Assembly (NCBI GenBank): GCA_963769935.1
Contig: CAVYNY010000003.1
Span: 1 to 64,000, forward strand
DNA from: an uncultured delta proteobacterium
Lineage (GTDB): Bacteria; Desulfobacterota; Desulfobacteria; Desulfobacterales; JAFDCJ01
DNA: 64,000 nucleotides
Direction of reading: 5' to 3'
Positions 53,948 to 61,254 of the stretch are shown in pieces. Both the position numbers and the translations under genes were made by a program. Every line of letters starts with the position of its first letter. Positions within the stretch are counted from its first letter, which is position 1. The notes beneath the pieces were generated by a model. It made no database searches. It had not been told where the DNA came from and saw only the letters and a program-made list of their open reading frames with translations.

Positions 53948-54661
53948 ATGGAAAACAGATCTCATTCCGTCACGGTCTTTTCAGCCGGCTTTATCACCGG
54001 CGCCCTGGGAGTGCTGGTTATCGGCGCTGCGATGCTTTACATGTTGAACATGTCTGAATTTGTTGCCATATCCGTGTTGAAAATTCCCAGGGTTCAAAGG
54101 GTGCTGACGTGGACCTATGAGAATCTCAGACTCTCGATCATCCCCTTTTTCTTTACTTCGCTGCTGTATACCGGCTCTCTTCTCCGCTTAAAGCGTTATC
54201 TGAAAGATCAGCGCACTCCGGTGGAAAAGATTGCCCAGAGCGAGCAGCTGGTTGATATCTGGATCAATCTATTCTTCGGGATCGGGGTAATTTGGACGGC
54301 CATCGGCATGCGCGGCGCCTTGCTGGACGGAGTCGGTGACTTGAATGCCCAATCGGCAGCACAGCTGGGCGCCTTTTCGATCCTGCAACGATTGGTGGAC
54401 GGCGGAATTTTGCTGGCATTATCCACCACCATCTTCGGTGCCGTCGGCGGCTATCTGCTGCGCCTGATTAAATCCATGGCGGTGGGTACCCAGGTGAAAG
54501 CTTATTACAATCGACTGGCAGAGCAGCAGGCCGACTCAGTTCATAAAGCCCTGCAATCCATCGACGGGCGGGTCCAGGAATTGGTGGGGATACAGAAAAA
54601 TTTAAATAACTTGGCGAACACAACCGATGAAGGTAAAGCTATCCGTCCGCCGGTTATTTAA
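53948..54661 (+). CDS. MotA/TolQ/ExbB-like proton-channel membrane protein
   Basis: Four hydrophobic segments. FFGIGVIWTAIGM and GGILLALSTTIFG parallel the family motifs GLLGTVxG and GIxxALxTTxxG. Confidence 0.7.
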   Translation: MENRSHSVTVFSAGFITGALGVLVIGAAMLYMLNMSEFVAISVLKIPRVQRVLTWTYENLRLSIIPFFFTSLLYTGSLLRLKRYLKDQRTPVEKIAQSEQLVDIWINLFFGIGVIWTAIGMRGALLDGVGDLNAQSAAQLGAFSILQRLVDGGILLALSTTIFGAVGGYLLRLIKSMAVGTQVKAYYNRLAEQQADSVHKALQSIDGRVQELVGIQKNLNNLANTTDEGKAIRPPVI

Positions 54662-54790
54662 AGAAATGCAGGCATCAGGTGTTGAGAAAAAGCAAAAATA
54701 TCAGAAAGGTTTCAATCCCTGCACACCGCAACGGACAATGGACAAACGACAGCGGACTTTGAATAATTGGCGCTCAATTTGGAGCAATCG

Positions 54791-55627
54791 ATGCACCCTT
54801 TATATCCATCGCCAATATCTCTTATCCGGCCCGAGGCTTCCTTTTCAAATGAGGTGGAAGTGCTGCAGACGGATGTCATGCGATTTTTTGCGATATTATG
54901 TCTGTGCCTGATGGCGATATTTGCTCTGGTCAAAACCCTGCCCATGGCCCCTTCGACCGGTCCTCCCACGATGGTCGAACCCACGGACCTTAAAGCAGAT
55001 GTCGAAGCTCTGCAAAAACACATTGCCATGCTCAAAGAGAGGCTTGGGCAGTTAAGGACCCAAGTTCAGGCCGCCGCCGTCGACGCCGAAAAATCAACGA
55101 CCGTGGCTGCCGTTGCGGAAAAAAAAATTAAAGATGAAACGCAACACCTGGCAGAGATACAGGCAAAACTGAAGCGGGAAAGAGTAAAATTGAATCAACC
55201 TCGGTCGGAGAAAAAACCGGCTGAAATATTACCGGCTGAGCAAAAAAATCCGCCGCCTCAGACCGTCAGGCAAGGATTCAGCTTGCGTTTTGCCTCGGAT
55301 GCGGCGCTGCAAAAGCTGATCGACAGCGGGAAAGTAAATTTTTATGCATTAGCCGGGAAAAAAGCCTGGCAATTGCACCTGAGAGACGGACAGCCGGTCT
55401 ATTCGTCGACCCGATTTCCCAGTCAAATTCATGAAATGCAGACTCCCACCGTTCCCACTGAGTATACCGGGGCTTTTCACCGGCAGGTAGCGGCGTTCGG
55501 CCGCACCACGGTGACCTGGGGGGTGACGCTGCCTTCCCCAACTATGTCATCCATTAACCAGCTCATCAAAAGCCGACCCGGGGGTGATCTGATCATCACC
55601 GCGGCCGGCGAGGTCGTTATAAAATGA
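54791..55627 (+). CDS. Single-TM partner with coiled coil (MotB/ExbD/TolR-like position)
   Basis: LQTDVMRFFAILCLCLMAIFALV places an Asp at the TM start, followed by a coiled coil and a globular domain. GGAG RBS before the ATG at 54791. Confidence 0.6.
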   Translation: MHPLYPSPISLIRPEASFSNEVEVLQTDVMRFFAILCLCLMAIFALVKTLPMAPSTGPPTMVEPTDLKADVEALQKHIAMLKERLGQLRTQVQAAAVDAEKSTTVAAVAEKKIKDETQHLAEIQAKLKRERVKLNQPRSEKKPAEILPAEQKNPPPQTVRQGFSLRFASDAALQKLIDSGKVNFYALAGKKAWQLHLRDGQPVYSSTRFPSQIHEMQTPTVPTEYTGAFHRQVAAFGRTTVTWGVTLPSPTMSSINQLIKSRPGGDLIITAAGEVVIK

Positions 55628-57222
55628 CAACCACCAACAACATCGGGACCGGGATCCGGCCGTACATTTTACTCTTGATTTTTATAGGGTTGTCGGCCTG
55701 CAGCGGCCATCAGGTGTACCATGAAGTTGGACTGCCGGCCGGCGGATCGTCGCTTGATACCTGGCTGGAAGATACCCTTATTCCATACCTGCTCCAGCAA
55801 CTCAGCCAGCACCCGCGCTTTAAAGGCCAACCCATTTTGTTGGTCGGCCTGCGCGGCGATGAGGTCCGCTCCCGCGCAGATGACTTGACGGGAGAGATCC
55901 GATCAAAAATCGGCGACGCGCTGCTGAAACAACCCGGTCTCGATCTTGCCTGGCAACCGACCGGCCCGCCACGAGAACACCATCAACGTCTCGCGGATGT
56001 CTCCTGTGGCACTTACCGCAAAATCCAATATTACATCGGTCTGGACTGCGGTTTGACCCGATTGGAGGGCAAGCTTTATGTAAAAGTGCGGGCCTTGAAC
56101 CTTGCCGAACAAAAATGGGTGACCGGCTTCGGCAAATCATGGGAAGGGCGGCCGACCGCAGCCCAGCTGGCGGCTCTGGCGCGCGAACATCCGGATGAAT
56201 ATTTGCGGGGTCGGCGCCAGCTGCCGTTTTCCGAGGAGCAGCCGGATTTGTTGGCTGCCTATTTGGCCCGCAATCTAAGCTGTGTTTTGCGGCAGGCCGA
56301 ATCCGATAATCTGGTGGTGCATGTTGCCAAACCATCCGCAAATTCCCCGGCAGTCTTTAAAACGGCCCTGGAACTTGTGGGAAACTACCTGGCGCGTTTT
56401 CGGGAGGTGGAAGTAACCGATGATCCGAACCAGGCCAATATCACCCTGGTATGCGAAATCCATGCCATCCATCAAGGCTTGCACCAGATCTGGGTCTCTG
56501 CCAGACACCGCCGTGATGAAAAATATCTGCCCGGCGCAGAGACTGAAGCGTATGTGTTGATTGATGCCCATGAACAGATGCAGGTCGCCGGCGCGCAGAA
56601 TGCAAGACCTTATGCGCCCCTGCCCTCCGCCGCGCGCCTATCGAATTCATCTGAACTAATAGCATCATTTGATCTACTGACGCCGATGAATCAGAATTCA
56701 TGTTCAACCGGCGCTCCCTGGCAGTCTGGTGTACGGCGGATTGACTCCCAGGAACGTATTCCGGGCGGCGGCTGTCTGGCCGTAGAAATGACGCTTTCGG
56801 CGGCGGCTTATGTTTTTTTGGTGGGTCAGGATGCCGGTGGTGAATTAACGCAAATGTTTCCATCTGTCTGCACCGGCCGGCAGGAAAATGATGCCCTGCT
56901 CCATCCCGGTCAGCTATTTCAATTTCCATCACTTTCAGATCCCAACGCCGGGGTACTGGAACTTACCGGTTCGCCCGGCAGGGAACGGGTTTTTGCAATT
57001 GCCATAACAAGCCCGGATCTGGCCGATCGATTTGCCGACCGGCTGGTGGAAGTCCAGGACCTGTGCCGACCCGGCAAAATATTTGCCGATAACCTAATAG
57101 CCGGTAATAGCCGAACCTCTGCCGAAGGTATTTATCAATGGCAAGACTACTTGATCCGGCTTTCGGCTGATAATCCCGGTTTGGTCCAGTGGCAGGCAAT
57201 CAGCTTCTGGCACGAGCCGTAG
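55624..57222 (+). CDS. Lipoprotein with C-terminal DUF4384-like domain
   Basis: LSAC lipobox and the pattern AAYVFLVGQDAGGELTQMFP...PGRERVFAIA. Confidence 0.7.
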   Translation: MTTTNNIGTGIRPYILLLIFIGLSACSGHQVYHEVGLPAGGSSLDTWLEDTLIPYLLQQLSQHPRFKGQPILLVGLRGDEVRSRADDLTGEIRSKIGDALLKQPGLDLAWQPTGPPREHHQRLADVSCGTYRKIQYYIGLDCGLTRLEGKLYVKVRALNLAEQKWVTGFGKSWEGRPTAAQLAALAREHPDEYLRGRRQLPFSEEQPDLLAAYLARNLSCVLRQAESDNLVVHVAKPSANSPAVFKTALELVGNYLARFREVEVTDDPNQANITLVCEIHAIHQGLHQIWVSARHRRDEKYLPGAETEAYVLIDAHEQMQVAGAQNARPYAPLPSAARLSNSSELIASFDLLTPMNQNSCSTGAPWQSGVRRIDSQERIPGGGCLAVEMTLSAAAYVFLVGQDAGGELTQMFPSVCTGRQENDALLHPGQLFQFPSLSDPNAGVLELTGSPGRERVFAIAITSPDLADRFADRLVEVQDLCRPGKIFADNLIAGNSRTSAEGIYQWQDYLIRLSADNPGLVQWQAISFWHEP

Positions 57223-57384
57223 AGAAAGGACACTAATTGTATTTGAATTGAAAATACTCTGCTGCCGATGTCGGAAGGATCCATTTTGACCAAATGGCGC
57301 AAGGCAGACGGCGCAGGGTATTTGTGCTCGTCTTAATATGATGCCATTAGCTCGGGTAACAGGTAGTCCATGAGGTGCAGTTCA

Positions 57385-57465
57385 CAACCGGTAACCCGAG
57401 ACACGCACCTCGTAAGCCGAAACACGTAACTCGCAACCCGTAACTCGCAACCCGTAACTCGCAAC
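57385..57465 (+). repeat. Heptamer-based tandem repeat
   Basis: (CGTAACTCGCAACC)x3, the last copy ending ..AAC, plus degenerate copies; ends at the SLT start codon. Confidence 0.8.
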
Positions 57466-58289
57466 ATGACTCAACTGCACATTATCACTAAACTAATTAT
57501 CTGCCTGGCCTTGCTTGGATATGGTCAACAGGCGGCAGGCGCCCTTAAAGAAGCCGGATCGGATATTGAGGCGCTGTGGCGCCTTTTTCTGGCCAACGAT
57601 GCGCTGAAATCCCCTGTGATCAGTTTCCCTTATGATCACTGTTTTAATACGGCCGCCCAAAAATATGATCTACCTTTATCACTTCTTCTGGCCGTGGCGC
57701 GCGGTGAATCCGACTTTAATCCCAGAGCCCGGTCGGATCGCAACTGCCACGGATTGATGCAAATCCAGTGGCCCGGAACAGCCAAACATCTGGGAATCTA
57801 TCGACTTGCGGCGCTGTATGAGCCGTGCACCAATATTAGCGCCGGAGCCCGATATCTGAGGGAGCTTATGGACCGCTATGATCAAAATCTGCATCTGGCC
57901 CTGGCGGCATACAACTACGGGCCGAATCGCATCCAGCCCAAAGCCGGACCGGGCCGTATTCCTCAGGGCGCCCAATGGTACAGCGGCTATATTTACCATC
58001 ACCTGGAATTTGTCACCCAGGGGGGGACGCCGCATCCGGCGGCGCAGCGGGCAAAGGGTCGGCCTACGGCCGTGAAAAGCGGCTGGCAATCATAACGTTT
58101 AACCGGCCATATCGAGCGAGCGCATTTTACCGGCACCTTCAAGAACAGGCACCTGCGCTGAAACTCGATTGGTATCGTATCGGTTTGGGAAGGTTTCAGG
58201 TGGTGATGCGGTTCACGGATAAAAAAGCACTGGAAGCCGGCCGCAAAAAATTAAGAACTCTGGGAGTGATCGTCAAAGCCAGGAAATGA
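57466..58289 (+). CDS. Exported lytic transglycosylase (SLT) with SPOR-like C-terminus; frameshift at the G7 tract 58020-58026
   Basis: Motifs AVARGESDFNP, GLMQI and AAYNYGP. The C-terminal domain (IITFNRPYRA...GRFQVVM) lies in the shifted frame. Confidence 0.8.
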
Positions 58290-58388
58290 GATGGAATGCC
58301 GGACCAATGATGTTGAAAAAATCAGCTAAATTATTTTGTAAACCTTTTTTTAACCTTATACGTCACACTCAATAGAAATTTTTTGTTA

Positions 58389-58617
58389 TATAGTTTCATA
58401 TGAGCGCCGCGGCTCTGAGAGCGTCATCTGATAGTGGAAGAAATTCGATGTAGTTTTATAAGTGCCCTCACCGCTGAGAGTCACAGAGAGCGCAGAGATT
58501 ACATTAAAATTTTCTTTCGTCGGCGTTCTCGGCAGGCTCTGCGGTGAACTATCAGTTTCTTTTTCGATCAGATCGGCCGTTGTTTTGACAATGCGGCTTT
58601 GGCGCTGAAACCTGACA
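58389..58617. repeat. Composite dispersed repeat / MITE-like element, copy B
   Basis: TCACCGCTGAG...CTCTGCGGTGA at 58468-58547. AGTTTCATATGAGCGCCG is the reverse complement of 21774-21791. Confidence 0.75.
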
Positions 58618-58733
58618 TCTGTTAACCTAATTTTTGCAATTTTAAATTATCAACGTTCTCAACTTCTCCCGAATAGAGTCTTGGAAAATGCAAGGGGCAA
58701 AATACCTAAAAAGCAAAAATTAGCGGAGTTCTT

Positions 58734-60158
58734 ATGGCTGACAAAAATAAAAAGCTCGGCGGTTTTTGGTCCTATCTTCTCTGGCTGCTGCTGATGTCAT
58801 TGGTCCTCGTTTCAACCTCCAGGGGTGAAGATCGGGCCCTGCTGATCGGTGTCGGACGGTATGCGCATTTCGAAGAAAAGCTCAACGGCGTCAGTCTGGA
58901 TCTCGGCATGATGAAAGAATTATCACAACTGATGGGATTTAAGGAACATGCAATTAAGGTGCTGGAAAATGAGCAGGCATCTACCGCCGGGGTTAATGAG
59001 GCGATTGAAGACTGGTTGATTCGGGGCACCGGACCGCAGGACCGGGTCCTGTTTTATTTCAGCGGGCACGGCTCCCAGGTTCCGGATGAAAACAACGATG
59101 AAAAGGATCATTTTGATGAAGTGCTGCTGCTCTATGATGTGACCCTCACGGAAAGGCAAGGCCGGCAGACATTGAACGGTGTTTTGCTCGATGATCAATT
59201 CGGCAGCATGCTGGCAAAAATCAAAAGCCGCAACATTCTGGTCATTCTCGATGCCTGCCACAGCGGCAGCGCAACCAGGAGCATCCGGCTGACCACCCGG
59301 TCTATTCCGATACACAACGCTCAGGTGAAATACTTCTATTATTCGCCGATGCTGGAGGCAGCCGGCGGCAGCGGCCGGTTCGATGTGATGGAGCCGGATG
59401 CTTCACCGGCGGCTGCAGGCCGCTATGTGGCAATTTCGGCCTGCCGCGACGATGAGATGACGCTTGCCACCGCCCAGGGAAGCATATTCACACTCGGGCT
59501 GCGCGAGACCTTGCGTGCGGCGGCCAGGGCCGGAAAAAGCATTTCGCCCGCAGAATTACAGCGCCGGACGACCCGATTCATTCAGGAACAAATAGGATCC
59601 GAAGGGGCTGCATTTCATCCCCAGATTGCCGGCCAAAAATCCCTTCTTGAGCGTCCTTTGGAACTGGTCTCACTTGCCGGAGGAAGCGGCCCGGTGCGTC
59701 AAAATCTGGAAGCATTGATGCATAAAAGCCATGAAACCGTCTGGATCAATTTAAACAAAATCTGTTTTGAACCTGGCGACGTACTTGAAATATCCGTCAG
59801 ATTATCCGAACCGGGGTATTTGAATGTCGTCAGTGTTCGTCCGGATGATCAGGCCACGGTGCTGTTTCCAAACCAATATCACCGACAGAATGCCGTTGAC
59901 CGGGGCGCGTTGACCCTACCCACCCGTCAGATGAACTTTGAATTGGTGGCCGACGGCCCCCCGGGCACCATTCTGATAACGGCCTTTCTGACCCCTTCAC
60001 CGGTGGACGGCTACAAAAACGGCTTCAAGACCCCGGAGGATGTGATGGCGGGTCTCTCACCCGGTACAACGCGCTCCTTGATGCTGCGCCAAAACCAGGA
60101 CTGGCTGGCCGCCGGCAGGGTAGCCGTTGAAATGCGGGAAAAAGGAGGATGCAGGTGA
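58734..60158 (+). CDS. Exported caspase-family (peptidase C14) protease with DUF4384-like C-terminus
   Basis: Signal peptide; RALLIGVG, FSGHG and LDACHSG form an intact dyad; C-terminal EPGYLNVV..TVLFPNQYH. Confidence 0.88.
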   Translation: MADKNKKLGGFWSYLLWLLLMSLVLVSTSRGEDRALLIGVGRYAHFEEKLNGVSLDLGMMKELSQLMGFKEHAIKVLENEQASTAGVNEAIEDWLIRGTGPQDRVLFYFSGHGSQVPDENNDEKDHFDEVLLLYDVTLTERQGRQTLNGVLLDDQFGSMLAKIKSRNILVILDACHSGSATRSIRLTTRSIPIHNAQVKYFYYSPMLEAAGGSGRFDVMEPDASPAAAGRYVAISACRDDEMTLATAQGSIFTLGLRETLRAAARAGKSISPAELQRRTTRFIQEQIGSEGAAFHPQIAGQKSLLERPLELVSLAGGSGPVRQNLEALMHKSHETVWINLNKICFEPGDVLEISVRLSEPGYLNVVSVRPDDQATVLFPNQYHRQNAVDRGALTLPTRQMNFELVADGPPGTILITAFLTPSPVDGYKNGFKTPEDVMAGLSPGTTRSLMLRQNQDWLAAGRVAVEMREKGGCR

Positions 60159-61036
60159 AATATTTTTTCAAGTTTATCGCTGTCTTGTCGCTAATAATTT
60201 TTACCTGTATTCCCGTGGCGACCCGTATTTCAGCTGCTATGGACTGCCGTCTGGGTGCTGATTACTACTACCAGGCCAAATCCGAAGCCGATCCGCAGCA
60301 GGCTATCCTCTGGTTGAAGCGGTCGGCGCAAGTATGCCCCAATTTCAATGCCTGGTATATGCTCGGGATGATATACACCCGCCAAGGAGAAATTGATCCC
60401 GCCATGGCCGCTTTTATGCGGGCCAGGACCCAGGCTGTTTCCTCCAAAACCGAAGCCCTGGCCCTGGCCCGCCAGGGCGAACTGCTGGCCCGCTCCGGTC
60501 AGCTGCCCCGGGCCCAGCAGGCCCTGGAACTGGCTGGACGGTTTTATCCTGCACCTGCGCCGGCTTGGCTGGAGGCATCTCTTAAGAATACCAGAATTAA
60601 ACTGCAGCAGTCGCTGATAACAGCAGCCGATATCAAGTATGTACTTGAATCCGGCACGCAATTAAGCAAAGACGGCCGATTTGCGGTTCGCCCGGCAGTG
60701 AACCTGCCGGTGCACTTTGACTTCGACCGGGCGGATCTGAATTCAGCCGGCAGCCGTCAGGTGATGGAACTGGGTGGTGCCCTTTCCCACGCAACATTGA
60801 AGCAGTGGTCTTTTCTGCTGGTCGGCCATACCGACAAGCGCGGATCCATGGCCTACAATCAGACGCTCTCCGAAAGTCGCGCCTCTTCGGTAAGGATAGA
60901 ATTGGAACACAGCTTTCCTTCGCTCATCGGCAGGCTGCAAGCCATGGGACGCGGCGAGACCGAATTACTGTACGACGGCGACAGCGAAGAAGATCATATG
61001 CTCAATCGCCGCGTGCAGGTGACGCTTTATCATTGA
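60149..61036 (+). CDS. Exported TPR + OmpA-C (peptidoglycan-binding) protein
   Basis: Signal peptide, TPR helices, and motifs VHFDFDRADL, GHTDKRGS..YNQTLSESRA and NRRV. Confidence 0.88.
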   Translation: MQVKYFFKFIAVLSLIIFTCIPVATRISAAMDCRLGADYYYQAKSEADPQQAILWLKRSAQVCPNFNAWYMLGMIYTRQGEIDPAMAAFMRARTQAVSSKTEALALARQGELLARSGQLPRAQQALELAGRFYPAPAPAWLEASLKNTRIKLQQSLITAADIKYVLESGTQLSKDGRFAVRPAVNLPVHFDFDRADLNSAGSRQVMELGGALSHATLKQWSFLLVGHTDKRGSMAYNQTLSESRASSVRIELEHSFPSLIGRLQAMGRGETELLYDGDSEEDHMLNRRVQVTLYH

Positions 61037-61215
61037 AAATTGAAGATTGAAGATTGAAGATTGAAGATTTATGGAGTCGCCTCGCTCCAACTTTCAATTT
61101 AAATATTTTCAAAACCAAATCCGTTTGCAGCAAGATGTTTAATTGATAATGCGATATTTAAAATTTTGGCTAAAATCGATAGGATTCCGCCAATTTTCAA
61201 TCTTCAATTTTCAAT
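61032..61215. repeat. Inverted heptamer-array element (ATTGAAG)n ... (CTTCAAT)n
   Basis: ATTGAAG x4-5 at 61032-61068, with TTTCAAT/CTTCAAT repeats at about 61191-61215. A similar element lies at 20210-20332. Confidence 0.75.
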
Positions 61216-61254
61216 AAATTACATTTCACCCTGATTAGGAATCTGTTTGTACCA

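Noticed and set aside
57385..57465. CRISPR array
   Set aside because: These are contiguous 7/14-bp tandem units without unique spacers, and no cas genes are present.
53948..61036. Zorya anti-phage system (ZorA/ZorB)
   Set aside because: The A subunit lacks the long cytoplasmic tail, the OmpA protein is not adjacent and carries a signal peptide plus TPRs, and no ZorC/D/E helicase or nuclease is present.
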